This document shows, one piece after another, positions 1-14,449 of a DNA stretch of 35,544 bases; the first letter of the stretch is position 1; each line of letters opens with the position of its first letter. Source of the stretch: Utricularia gibba (taxonomy: Eukaryota > Plantae > Magnoliophyta); the NCBI GenBank assembly GCA_002189035.1, contig NEEC01000129.1, positions 1 through 35,544 of the forward strand. The letters are read 5' to 3'. Both the position numbers and the translations under genes were made by a program. A model generated the notes under the pieces. That model saw nothing but the letters and a program-made list of their open reading frames with translations. It ran no database searches and was not told the origin of the DNA.

Positions 1-37
1 CTTCGGTTTACTTGCAAAATTTCCCAAATGGGATTGA

Positions 38-2040
38 ATGCAAGGAAAAACGTTGTCTTTCTGTTGCTCTTCTCCCTTGTTTATCATTTTCAGTTGTGCA
101 TGCTGTGCTTCCGCGGCTTCATCACCGGCGAGTAAGTAGTGATGTTTACGCTGTTCGTTGGTGTGTGTGTTTCCGCATTGTGGGTAATGTTTCTTGTGTT
201 GTCTTTCCCCAGGACCTGTGAACAGCTTTCTTTCGAATGTGTTGTCCATGCTGGTCAAATGGGTTTTGTCGATGAGGTACACTACTATAACAGGTATGGG
301 ATTTTATTCGCCTCTGATTGTTTGTAATTACTCACTGGACTACGCTGTTGTGTTCGTTCCCTGCATCCTGACTCTTCCAGCGTTGAATCGCCGCCCAATA
401 ATGAAGTTTGAAGGTGGGTATGATGTGGAGACGGTGCTTGATGGTAGCAAGCTTGGAATCGAGCCATACTCTGTACAGGTTTTGCCTGATGGAGACCTTC
501 TTATCTTGGATTCTGCTAATTGTAATCTGTACAAGATATCTTCTTCGTTATCTGTGTGTAAGTTATCCCCCTCATGCATCCATGTATGTAAATGTTTGAC
601 AACAAGGATCATGCCCATCTTCTGTGTTTTTCCCCAGCTAATCTTCATTGTGAAAACTAACCTGGTTACTCTTGGGAATCATAGACACCAGGCCAAGGTT
701 GATCTCAGGTTCCACAGATGGATTTTGTGGTTATGTCGATGGGAAAGGTAAAGAAGCCCGAATGAATCATCCAAAAGGACTAGCGGTTGATGACAGAGGA
801 AATGTTTATGTTGCTGATACGGATAACATGGCCATCAGGAAGATAAGTGACACTGGTAAGCTTCTATTCTTGTTAATCTCTTCATGAGTTACACATGCGT
901 TGTTTCCTTGAAGCCTGTTGATTGAACTTCATCTGGGCATCTTCCTGATAGGAGTTACTACAATTGCCGGTGGAAAACAGGGCACACACTTCGACGGACA
1001 AGGCAAAGAAGCAAGATTCTCAAATGACTTCGATGTGGTCTACCTTGGAAGCAGCTGTTCTCTTCTAGTCATTGACCGTGGGAACAAGGCCATAAGGGAG
1101 ATACAACTCCATTTTCATGATTGCGCTTATCAGTACACAACCAGCTTTCCTGCCGGTAAACTCCTGCAACATCAGCAGACAATATTCCCTGTGCAGTGTT
1201 CATTTCCATTAAAACTGTCATGGCTCCAATGCTCTGCAGGGACCGGTGTGCTCCTTGTTGCTGGATTCGTAGGTTACATAATGGCGTTGCTTCAACAAAG
1301 AATGGCATCTTCCCGAAAGGTGATTCTGAGTCACACTCTTTTCTTCTGGTCCCCATCAATCTCATTCGCCCCTTCTTGTTTCTTTTCCTCCTGCAGGAGA
1401 AAGAAGCCATGAAAGGTGCTTATGTTTCACTTAGTCCATATCAGAAGTCCTGGAGTTCTTCGATGCATTCCGAAGTGGCTTCGGAGTATGATGAGGAAAA
1501 GCAAGGAGTGACCTTTCTGGGATCGATCGGAGGCTGGCAACACAAACCGTGGAAGCAGCTGCAGAAGTTCTGGGAATAGTTCCCCTGTTGAGGAGCAGCA
1601 AGAGTAGAAGCAATGAATATCAATACAAGGATGCAAATTCATGGCCTTTGCAAGAGAGTTTCGTTATTCCAGCTGAAGATGATCCTCCATCCATAGAGCC
1701 AGGGATTCCTACCCCAAAAAAGACGTATGCCTTCATGACAAATGATTTGGAGAAAATGCAGCAGCTTAGGCAAAGTCGAGCCCTGTACTCCAGCTGGGAT
1801 GGCGAGTTTCAGACGCATCAGACGAACAAAAAACATCAGCAACATCCCCATCAGTACATCGCGTCTCAGCCACACACTTTCTATGAGCAAACCTCAAAGA
1901 GACCAGAGGAAATCATCTTTGGAGCTGTGCAAGAGCAAGAGAAACAGGGGGCAAATGTGCTATATAAGGCTGTGGATCATGGGGCTCTTTATGACAAGTC
2001 TAATGTTCGTTCTAGGCTCAGTCATGTGCGTTTAGTTTGA
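38..2040 (+). CDS. NHL-repeat-containing protein (plant NHL domain family, signal peptide + TM); exons approx 38(or 28)-131, 213-293, 381-557, 685-855, 952-1155, 1240-1319, 1397-2040; one -1 frameshift at ~1531
   Basis: Spliced GT-AG exons give MKFEGGYDVETVLDGSKLGIEPYSVQVLPDGDLLILDS, HPKGLAVDDRGNVYVADTDNMAIRKIS, ARFSNDFDVVYLGSSCSLLVIDRGNKAIREIQLHF and WPLQESFVIP...TPKKTYAFM...MQQLRQSRA, all typical of plant NHL proteins. Adding one base at 1531 joins FLGSIG to RLATQTVEAAAEVLG. Confidence 0.9.
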
Positions 2041-2296
2041 GTGCAACTATAATACCATATATAACTTGTTATTTGCGGCATGATACTATACATTCAAAGC
2101 ACCTTAGATCATGAATTATAAGACAAGGCAAACTAAGGAAGCACTCATGTCTGAAATCATATCCAAAACCACCCAATGCTTTGATAAGGGTGATGGAAGC
2201 AAGAACCTGAGAAGCTAAAACAAATGAGTAACATAACTGTCTTAGGTTTTTGAATCAAGATGCTTCCAATGGAGGGCATCTTCAATCCTCCTTGGA

Positions 2297-4221
<1,925 letters not shown>

Positions 4222-4737
4222 TTACCTCAAGCTGAATACTTATAGTGCAGCCAGTCACACAAATGCACAGTCGTGCCGTTTCCCTTCTCTTCGTCGGCTG
4301 ACGAGTGAGCTAACATTCGATATTCCAACGCCTTTCAGCCGTTCAACAGCCAAACCTCTTGTACACGTGTATTAATCTGAACCGCTGATTAAAGCAATGC
4401 ATTCCTCCCTTTTATTTTATTTTAAAAGAGTTGGTAGCATACCAAATTAAGCTAAGAATAAAAAAAAGGAAATTTTATACTTTTATAAAATAGACCAATG
4501 GTAGCATATACTTGATGATTTAAATTGGTACGAATATATTATTTTCTCATTTTTTATTTTTGAATAAATTCTATGAAATAAAAATTTATTTAAATTTAAT
4601 TCTTTTGAATTAAAGACTATTTTTGATCAAAAAATTAAAATTTGAGATAATCTTGTGTAGTCAAAACATCATTCGGCATTTAATTCCATAAATAGGATAG
4701 ATTGACCCGGTCATCCATTACGACTGATGGCGTCATG

Positions 4738-4896
4738 TGGGCCCATGAATATATTGTATTGTCTGCTTTTTGGGCCCCCAAATGAATATCAATGTTGCAA
4801 TATCACCCTGTTCGTTTCTGGGCCTCCGTGGGGAATTGAATTCTAATGTCTTGGGGCTGAAAAATCATTCAGCGAGAAGCGGATTGGTTTAGGGCT
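4738..4896. promoter_or_regulatory. Site II (TGGGCY) cluster plus telo-box-like element
   Basis: TGGGCC at ~4738, ~4771 and ~4819, and GGTTTAGGGCT (telo-box-like, reverse orientation) at ~4886-4896. This TCP site II/telo-box combination is typical of housekeeping, ribosome-biogenesis and snoRNA promoters. Confidence 0.5.
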
Positions 4897-7391
4897 CGAT
4901 TTTATGGAGCTCTTTACAGATTTCAGTGTTGGGAGGTGCGTTTATGGACTGTCTGCTAGCAGTGAAGTTATGGGAAGTTGATGTAGTCCAAGTCTCAGGC
5001 CCAACTCATGTGCAGACCCGTTGACAGCACCTTGTACGAGGGGAGGAGGTGGGGGCGGGTTTTTTTTTTTTTTCGAATTTTGTGGGGTTTTGTTGGTTCT
5101 TGCTTCAAGAACGTCGGAGTGCCGGGTGGGAGTACCAACTGTGTGAGTGCTCTTGTCCTGGAAATCGTGCATTGTTGTGTAGTTCTTCTTTAATTGCTGT
5201 TACATCTTGCTGGAATTGTAGTTGGAACATTTTCTTAACTCTTGGGAGTCACTTTTGATAGTGTGAATCATATTTTGTTGGCGTCTTCCATCGTTTCTAT
5301 TCTTGGCCTGCATTAGAAATGCATGTGGATACTTCGTAGAGAGCCATTTTTTATTCTAATTTGATGTGTTTTGCCCATAGCGAAACGCTTTTATTTGCAA
5401 GCTTGATCTTTGAAGAAAAATGTATGGTTTCATTGGGAGAGATGAGCCTGTAACTGATGGAAATCTTTGTGAGTTGTCTGGGATTCAAAAATTCATACAT
5501 TGCTGGCAATACGTAATGGCATTATCATTCAAGGAGGAGATGTGGCAAGCTCAGGCATACCAAGGATAAATGTTGTAGTTACAGCGTGAATAGGAAAACT
5601 GCGTTAACCAATGCAGTTGCTGCCCACATGACAGGCGATGGGATGAACACTCAGATTATATTGACATTCTCCTTGGTTACCATCTAACTTGGTTAATTTT
5701 GTGAATTTCATGTGATCTATATATCAAGCACATGGGTACTTATATGATGACAGGGGAATTTTCAGGTATGAATTTATGGTTTAATGCATATTCTCGATAG
5801 TTTTGAATTTATGTATTTTCTTATCAAATTAGGTACGATTATCCTCTGCTGGAATAGGGATTTTGATTGGTTGCTATCAAATGTGGTTCGTGTTTTCAAT
5901 TCCATTTTACTCTCATCGAAGAGACAAAAAGGAACTCTGCTGAGTTATTCAAAAATCAGCATATCTTCCTTCATTGTCAGTTAACTCAGGGACCTTTGGG
6001 AGGTTAAGTATTTCTGAATCTTGAGTTTTTTCAACTACATGCACAATCAATGGAATCTCCACTTCCCAAATGGCTTCTGCTATCTGATAACACATCACCA
6101 TTATCATAAGCAACTTGTGGCGTCTCACTGGGTGATGAATCAACTTTCAACTAGTTAATGTAACAACCACAAGTAACTCACTGAGATGTGGCTGCTCTAC
6201 ATGTTCCATATTCGCGTGGGACTTTTAATTGGAAACTTGCATTGCAGACACATTATGATGTAGATTGGGAACATGTCTTACAATTTATTGTTCTCTTACA
6301 AGTTGCTACATTTACTTTGAGGACAGATGATGAGAACTTAATAGAATGCTATCTCCAAGTCGTCTGTTGAGACTGAATATAAACATGGCTACAATCACTG
6401 TTGAGCTCAAGCTGTTCATTTCCATCTTAAAGATATGATGTATCCAGTTTGGCAATCCATCTCTCTGATTTATGATAACATGAAATGTCATAAATGTTGA
6501 TAATCATGTCTAAGTTCCTTCCAGAAGCCAAGTTGCAAATATTTTTACATCTTCAAGATGCTTCCAAATTGCATCTTCAGGAAGAAGTATTAAAATAATT
6601 TGTCAAAATGAATGTATTTATTATTTCTTAAATACTAGAATATGGTGTATTTAATAACTTTCCATAAATTGTACATATTACATGTATAGTAGCTTCCTTA
6701 AACAGTATATGGTAGCTTCCTTAATTTAATTATTCTGTATTTTATATATACATTATCTTTTCTTCAATAAAATTACTTTTTCCAATCCAGTCTTCGTTTC
6801 TTCAAATATCTTTTTGGATTCCTTCAAGTAAGCTGCTCGTAGTTGACGATTTGTAGTTGTAATCTCTCCCAGTTCTAGTAATTTCCTTCCCTTCCTTTCA
6901 TCCCTGCTATCGAACTTGGAACATGTTTTTGGAAATTGTGACGTTAATAAGAAGCTTTAAATGAAATAGTTTGTATTCTGTGATTTACGTATGATGGGGA
7001 AGAAATGGGAAAGCCCACCAAAAATGAATTCTTGGAGATGGTGTATTCTGGATGGCGATGTCTTGTTTGTTGTTTTGAGGGTAGAACGGTTTGGGAGATG
7101 GAGGCGGTGCTTTCTAACGTACCATCTTCGAACCGGTTCAGTTTATATATGGCAATTGGCATTCTTCGTCTCCTGCATTTCTGTGCCTCTCGAATGTAAC
7201 GTACAGATAGATTCCTTCCCCAGTTCACGAGGGTGTCTTTTGGATTAGACCCACCTGCTTTAAATTTTTCACCTTTTTTGGGTTTTCGGTTCTCACTAGT
7301 TTGTGATTTATCCACTTAAACGTAGATTTTAAGGCAAACCGGGGGACTGACTTTCTCTGCTGCTGCTTCTGCCACTGCCTTTTGATCGGAG

Positions 7392-10089
7392 ATGGCCAGT
7401 CGAAGGATCGCATCCCTTGTTTCTCGTTCACTTCCTCCTCTATCTGGTGGAGGTATACTTTTCTCTCCACTCATTTTTCGACCCTGATCAGGAGTCACAT
7501 AAGGTAGTGATCATGTAATTTTTCGTGAGCCGGAATTTTCTTTTTTCTTTTTTTTTAGTGGAATATCGGCGTGTTTTCACATCTGGGCTTCTTTATTGAG
7601 AATCTGGGAAATTTGAGAGTAGGGCGTGGTGTGTGTTGAAGTGGATGAAAGATCCTCCTTTTCCCCCGTTTCTTTAATCACGTGGATCAATATCTGGAAT
7701 CTGGGTATTTACCGGTGGCATCAAGATTAAGGAGTCTGTTATTAGAGTGAATTAATGATGATTCAAGACTGAGTGCTCATGTGTTTTGCCCTTGAATTAA
7801 AACGATTGTTACAGGAAAACAAAGATTTGCTGGGAGAGGGATTCACCGCTACAGCACAGCAGCAGCAGCAGCTGTTGAGGATCCAATCAAGCCACCAGTT
7901 AGCGTCCTCTATGATAAACTTTTAATCAATGGACAGTTTGTAGATGCAGCAGCAGGTTAAAGTCCTTGTTTTTGCATAAAATAGGCTATTTTCCTGAGCT
8001 AACTCTTCAGCTCTTGTGAAACCAGGGAAAACTTTCCCAACATTGGACCCTAGAACGGGTGAGGTGATTGCACATGTTGCTGAAGGTGGAGCGGAGGATG
8101 TTAATCGAGCAGTAGCTTCGGCTAGAAAGGCTTTTGATGAAGGACCATGGCCTAGGATGACTGCTTATGTAGCATATTCCTTTGTGGATTCATTTTTTGA
8201 CTTCATTCACTCCTTTACTTAGAAACTGTTTGATTTCTGCAGGAGAGGCAGCGGATATTGCTGCGTTTTGCTGATCTGGTTGAGAAGAATAATGATGAGA
8301 TTGCAGCCTTGAGACTTGGGATAGCGGCAAGCCGTTTGAGCAAACATCCCAAATAGAAGTTCCCATGTTTGTTAGACTATTTCGCTACTATGCTGGTGAG
8401 TTCCCAAACAAGTTCCTAGAAGTAAATCCTGAGGGACACTTTAGTTTCCGCTTTCCTCACCCTTTTTGAATGTGAATGCAGGCTGGGCAGAAAGATTCAT
8501 GGAATGACTATTCCAGCAGATGGAGCTCTTCATGTTCAAACACTGCATGAACCAATAGGTGTTGCAGGCCAGATTATCCCATGGAACTTTCCATTAGTTA
8601 TGTTTGCTTGGAAAGTTGGTCCAGCACTGGCTTGTGGCAATACCATTGTTCTCAAAACAGCAGAGCAAACTCCATTATCAGCATTTCTTGTAGGCAAACT
8701 ATTACATGAGGTAACACACAAGCTTGCAATTCTAGTAATTCCATGGTTTTCTGATTCGATGCATTTAGAATCTCACCCTGGTGCCGATTCCTGGTATTCA
8801 TATGATAGGCTGGCCTTCCTGATGGGGTTCTGAACATTGTTTCTGGGTATGGTCCAACAGCAGGGGCGGCTCTCTGTAATCATATGGATGTTGACAAGGT
8901 AGAATGACCACCATCATCACAACTAACTTTGTTTTTGCTCGCAAGTAATTGAACTCTGTGATCCATACTTTGAACCTATGCAGCTTGCATTCACAGGCTC
9001 GACAGACACTGGAAAGATTGTTCTTGAGTTGGCTGCCAAGAGTAATCTGAAACCAGTAACACTGGAGCTTGGAGGGAAGTCGCCTTTCATTGTATGTGAA
9101 GATGCTGATGTGGATCAAGCCGTTGAGCTCGCTCATTTTGCTCTGTTTTTCAACCAGGTACTCCATGCTTACACAATACGCATCACTGCTTATTACGACT
9201 TTCCTGCTTGTTCTTGGATTTAAGCTGATTGGATCAAAACATTGAAGGGACAATGCTGCTGTGCTGGATCCAGGACATATGTACACGAGAAGGTTTATGA
9301 TGAGTTTCTTGAGAAAGCAAAGGCCCGTGCTTTGAAGCGTCTGGTTGGGGATCCATTCAGGACAGGAGTTGAACAAGGCCCGCAGGTATTAATTTCATCT
9401 TGCATGAGCTATTTTCCATAAACCCACAAACTTAAGACGTCGTTGTACACAATCTCAGATCGATCAAGAACAATTCAACAAGATACTTGGGTACATCAGA
9501 GCTGGACAAGAATCCGGAGCTACCCTTGAAACTGGGGGAGACAGATTGGGTAGCAAAGGCTACTACATTCAGCCCACTGTCTTCTCCGATGTCAAGGTAC
9601 ACATCATACTTAAGAAGCAAAGACAATAGAATAACCAGGGTGAACATATTCCAGGATGACATGGTGATTGCCAAAGAGGAGATCTTCGGTCCTGTTCAGA
9701 CTGTTCTCAAGTACAAGTAATGCCTCTGAAATCGTTAACATGTTGGAAGATCTTTTGATGAAATAGTAGTATACTTGAAGACATACTAATCACAAACATC
9801 GGTTCTGTTGATGCAGAGAACTTGATGAAGTGATCAAGAGAGCAAACAACACCAATTATGGGCTTGCTGCTGGAGTCTTCACTCACAATCTAGACACAGC
9901 CAACACATTGACCAGAGCGTTGAGGGCAGGGACCGTATGGATCAATTGCTTTGACACCTTGACGCAGCAATTCCTTTCGGTGGATACAAGATGAGTGGCA
10001 TAGGAAGGGAGAAGGGTGAATACGGCCTCAAGAACTACCTGCAAGTGAAAGCAGTGGTTACTGCTCTCAAAAGCCCAGCTTGGCTGTGA
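7392..10089 (+). CDS. ALDH2B: Mitochondrial aldehyde dehydrogenase family 2B; exons approx 7392-7452, 7815-7955, 8026-8168, 8243-8395, 8482-8710, 8809-8898, 8984-9157, 9248-9385, 9459-9596, 9655-9716, 9817-10089; -1 frameshifts at ~8308, ~8491, ~9959
   Basis: Transit peptide [91 protein letters not shown], catalytic region [53 protein letters not shown], and C-terminus SPAWL*. Confidence 0.95.
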
Positions 10090-10430
10090 GTGTAAGTTTA
10101 TGGATCCACATGGTGTTGGACAATGAATCACTCTTCTGGTTTAAGAATAATATCAATAAGAGCCATTAGACAATCATCAAGCAACGATGAATCCATAAAG
10201 GGACAATACTGGAAAAAAAAGGTCATCTCATAGGGTACAGTGCAGAAGTCATCATCCAATGGCACGGTAAACCTTGTGTTAGTTTGCATATTTCTTTTCA
10301 GTAAAATTTTGGCCGAGGCGAAGATGAAATAAAATAGATAAAAAAATGATTAATGGATCTGGACTGGGGTGTAAGAACAAATCTGGATACATTGGTGGTG
10401 CAATGAGAACTTCAGCATCACTATTTCAGT

Positions 10431-12235
10431 CTAAGGATTCTTCATTTTGATCCTCAGTTTCCTAGCTATGGCTGCAGCTCTTGGATGCACAGTTCTTTTA
10501 CTTGGGTTACTGTGTTCTACTTCCACCCAATTGATCACCTTCAGTAGAAGTGACTGAGGAACACGTTGTGTATTCGTTGTCTCTGCTCCTTTCGGTTTCT
10601 TCTTGCTCTCTTCCAATGCTTTATCTAGAAAATCCATAAACCATTTGGATGCTTCCGCTTCGATCTGCTTGCTAAGCTTGATTGTGCTGAGCAAACTGCT
10701 ACAAGAAGCAGTTTCAGGGGAGGATACTTTTTTATCCACTGCTGATGATGGTGCTCTCAGATGCTTTCCTAAAATAGACTTGGACTTCTGAATATCTGCC
10801 TTTCTCTTTGATTCTGAACTTGGTTTCTGCTCCATGAAATTTGGAGCAATTTCATTTAAAACTGAGCTGGGTTCATCTTCACTTGCTTCAGCATTTGAAC
10901 TTTTCGCTGTTTCTGTAGCATTGGTGGCTGCCTGGATCGATGCCATTTCAACTACCGCTTGCACAATTTGGCTGTGAAACTCGAGAAACTTGTTGAAACA
11001 CGCTACTGGAGCATCGACTTTCGCTGATTTCATCACGGTGGCAAATGCCCTACAGGCAACAAAACCGTGTAAACAGGAAGAAAAGAAGCAATAAAAAAAA
11101 AAGGTGCTGTTTTACTTGAGAGAGCGAACAAGGTTAGCTGCGGCTTGAGCATCTCTTAGTGCTTGATGTGCTATTCTCTGCGCTGTTTCTTGTTGTTGAA
11201 CAGCTTCCTGGATGCATGGCATCAGGTATTCATCAAACTTCCAAAACATCTCGTTCTGACATTTAAGCTAATCATTCATTGTCACTCACCCTTCCAAGAC
11301 TGCTCAGTTTTCCAGTTAAGTTCACACAAAGACTAGAGTTTGTGGAGCTTGAAGTGTCAGCAAATGAAAACTCGGATTGTTTCGTCTCTGCATCTTGACG
11401 TAGACAGGGAGAAGCTGCCGTGGCATCATTCCTCAACCTTGGAGGTGGAGTTGAGCTCTTCTTCTCCTGGAATCCATGCTATAATCAGCTCCACAACAAG
11501 GCACACATCTCAGTTAACACAAAGAAGAAAAAGGGTTCTCACAGCTGCGTTGGAAGGACTCTCAGAAATCCTCTGATCTCTCCGGGAAGCACTCTTGCTC
11601 CTAAGGAATGAAGGAGTGACTGCACTTCTCCTGATCAACGGCGTTTCCGGTAATTTAGACAAAAACACACCACTGACAGAAGATCTTACAGCGCTTCCAT
11701 CTCTCATAGTCCTCCCTTTTACCACTGGTGATGACAACACCAAGGAGCTTTTCACCGGTGTACACTGATCGAACTCAAGCGGAACTGCCTTAGGGGATCC
11801 CGGCCCGGTTCCCCAGAAACTCCTCTTAGCGACAGAAGGACCCCCATTGTTCTTTTCTCCCTTTGCTTTCAACTCCATCAATGGCTCTGGCGTAGCCACT
11901 AAAGGGTGCCTTCCTGGAATCAGTTTCGCCCCTTTAACAAGAGGAACAGGGGAACCGGGCTCGAGTTTATCGACATAAATAAACTGCCCCAGCTGCAGTT
12001 TGTTACTCATAACCAGCTCATCTTGATCGAATGGCAAATTGGCGTAGATGGAATGGGAAGAATCTGAAAGCTTGATGTAGAAACCGTGTCTGGGTACAAG
12101 GTTCTTCTCATCGAGATCAGCTGGGACAATATCAGTAACCTGCAACAGCGAACTCCTATACTCGCTCGTGGGTTTCGTCCCCGTGCTCATCCCATCTAGA
12201 AGCTTCAAAAGAACTCCCGGAGCCAGCGCCGTCAT
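10431..12235 (-). CDS. DUF936 plant protein (CORD-like microtubule-associated family); exons approx 12235-11543, 11466-11290, 11207-11116, 11049-10431
   Basis: N-terminus [13 protein letters not shown]...[34 protein letters not shown]...[25 protein letters not shown] is the DUF936 signature. The C-terminal block [11 protein letters not shown]...[11 protein letters not shown]...[13 protein letters not shown] is conserved. The four exons splice in frame. Confidence 0.9.
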
Positions 12236-12987
12236 GATCTATATTCCTTCTAGAATCAGAAAGTGCCGGAAATTGAGAGGATGAAATGGAGGGAAGAAGG
12301 AAAGAAGTTTTGATTTGATGCTCGTGTTATTGAACTGGGAATCATCCGCTTCAGATGATGCCCGTGAGTACAAGTTAAGAAAGAGGTGGAGTGTGTCCCA
12401 ACGGTCGGGTAGCCATGGCTGACTTTTGGACGTCTTTGCATTTTAAAACCTTAGCCCTAACGGTCATCTTTTTCAAATCTGATGTCTGTGCAACGGTTTC
12501 TTTGAAAAGGGCTCTCTATTAATAGGCCCTGAAAGCCCATGGCCCAAACCCTGTTTATTAAACGGGCTTCTAACATCATTCACTCCTACTATTTATGAAA
12601 ATTATCATTATTATTTATTATTACCAATATTAATTATTTTGTGTAATTAATTTACTAATGTTTATATAAAAATTTGAATAATCATAATTAAAATAATTAT
12701 TTAAAAATTGATACAATTAATTCTCAATTAATCTTGCTTAGTTTTTGAATAATAGAAAACCAATTATATCTAGTTTTTAAATTATAATAAATCAAAAATA
12801 GTTATTACCGATCTTTTACAAAAATAGTCATCTTTCCTTTTTTTTCATATACTAAAAGCAAATTTTTATATATAAGATTGTCAATTTTTTGATACACTCA
12901 AAATACAGTAACCAATTTCCTAATACAACCTAAATATTACACACAACAAAAGCATAATTCTACAGGTGCTTCTTTCCGGCGACGGTT

Positions 12988-13228
12988 TCAGTATCTGATG
13001 AAGTCGCCGAAATAGGCAGAAGAAGCCCATCTGGTGAGGCGAACTTCTGATGCTCCATTTTGATGAACTGGTCGGCCATGGCATCAATGGTTCCCTTGCT
13101 GCTGCCCTCTCCCGTGCCGGAGGAGATCCGGCGACCTGAAAGCTGGGAGGCATGTGCTCCCGCTCATACAGTTCGTAGGCGTCCGGCGGACGGTGGTGTC
13201 GGGCGACGTCGTTGCTCTGCTTCCCCAT
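12988..13228 (-). CDS. Small (~80 aa) uncharacterised single-exon protein with an IDAMADQFIKMEHQKF(A)L(T)RW motif; needs two single-base restorations (~13160, ~13038)
   Basis: GC-rich island in AT-rich DNA, with TATATAA on the minus strand ~40 bp upstream of ATG 13228. The motif IDAMADQFIKMEHQKF is out of frame with that ATG unless one G is added to a GGG run. It resembles the D.D..A..FI...H.KF.L..W motif I recall from small uncharacterised plant proteins. Confidence 0.5.
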
Positions 13229-13852
13229 GTGCTGAGATGAATATGTGTTGGCGGAATGGTGAACTGATTATATAGACGCGCCGCGCCGCCGGAGCTCGTG
13301 ATAAGTGGGAATCAGGTTCCCTTTGACCCCCTCACTGGATTCCATCCACCACCTTCCTACTGGTATCCTTTGAAATATTCTAGCAACTCATCTTGAAACA
13401 CGTTTTTTTTTAATTGTGAATATTTTGCTCGTGGGATTTAAATATACTAAAAAATATTTTAATAGGAATATGTGAATAAGATATGAAGATGAGATGAGAT
13501 ATGTTTGACTGAATATGATATTAATTATTTTTGATATAAAAATAATTGCAATTTTAATATTTTCAATATAAAAATTGGTGAATGTTAGAATTACCAAATG
13601 AGTAATAAATGTTAAATCTACCTAGAAATCTTATCACATTTAACAAACATACAATTTTGATATATCTATTAACATTTTTCATCTAATATCATATATCGAC
13701 ACATTTTAAAAAAATATGGTTTTTTTATTAGAAGAATATAACATATTTAATATTTAAAATTGACAATATCATACATAAATTATGATATTTGATATCATAC
13801 ACAACCATGATTCATTCACTCAACTTTAGTAGAGCCTCTCTAGTGTCACAAC

Positions 13853-14150
13853 CCACCCTTCTCATTACATAAGTTGGTACAAGTTTGATGAGATGATGAA
13901 GGATTCAGTATTGAAATTAAGAATTCAATAAGGTTAGGCAAACACACCTAAAGTCTATCTATATAATAAACATTAATTAAATTATAAAAAAATTAAATTC
14001 AATTAAATACTTATGATTTATAATTTTTATATATTTAATTATTTTAATTTTAAATATCGTATGAGATTGATTATTCTGTAACTAGTGTCACCACCCACCA
14101 TTTTTATCACATAAGTTGATACAAGTTTGATGAGACTATGAAGGAATGCA
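13853..14150 (+). repeat. Pair of imperfect ~65-bp direct repeats (13853-13915 and 14085-14150) around an AT-rich spacer
   Basis: gtgtcacaacccaccc..acataagttggtacaagtttgatgagatgatgaagga versus gtgtcaccacccacca..acataagttgatacaagtttgatgagactatgaagga. Confidence 0.7.
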
Positions 14151-14449
14151 TGTTGTCCAAGTCATAAAGTTGGCAGTTATGCAATGATGTGAAGATGGTT
14201 AGCTAATGGAATACGAGGGCTGTGCGCAGCCGTCAAACTCATTGTTACGATGTGTTTGAATCAGGAAGCTTCATCACGTAACCACAAGCTGTATAGGGAA
14301 AACCAAGCATGTGGATTCCAGAGGTTTCTCAAAACAAAACCTTGAATGTCAACAATCAAATCTTGTCAGCTGAAATATTCCATTCCTTTTCGTAGTGAGT
14401 CCACGTATGCCAACCAGTCCATTCTCAGACCATGGTTCCAGAAACCCCA

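Noticed and set aside
6120-6470. Several RTGATGA ... CTGA pairs resembling C/D snoRNAs
   Set aside because: I could not find terminal stems or rRNA/snRNA antisense elements by eye, and these motifs occur by chance in AT-rich DNA. A snoscan run would settle it.
6944-7315. Overlapping ORFs upstream of ALDH2B
   Set aside because: No recognisable motifs or splice support; consistent with promoter/leader sequence.
12600-13800. AT-rich tracts as MITEs (also 19150-19930 and 22560-22960)
   Set aside because: No terminal inverted repeats or TSDs could be identified by eye.
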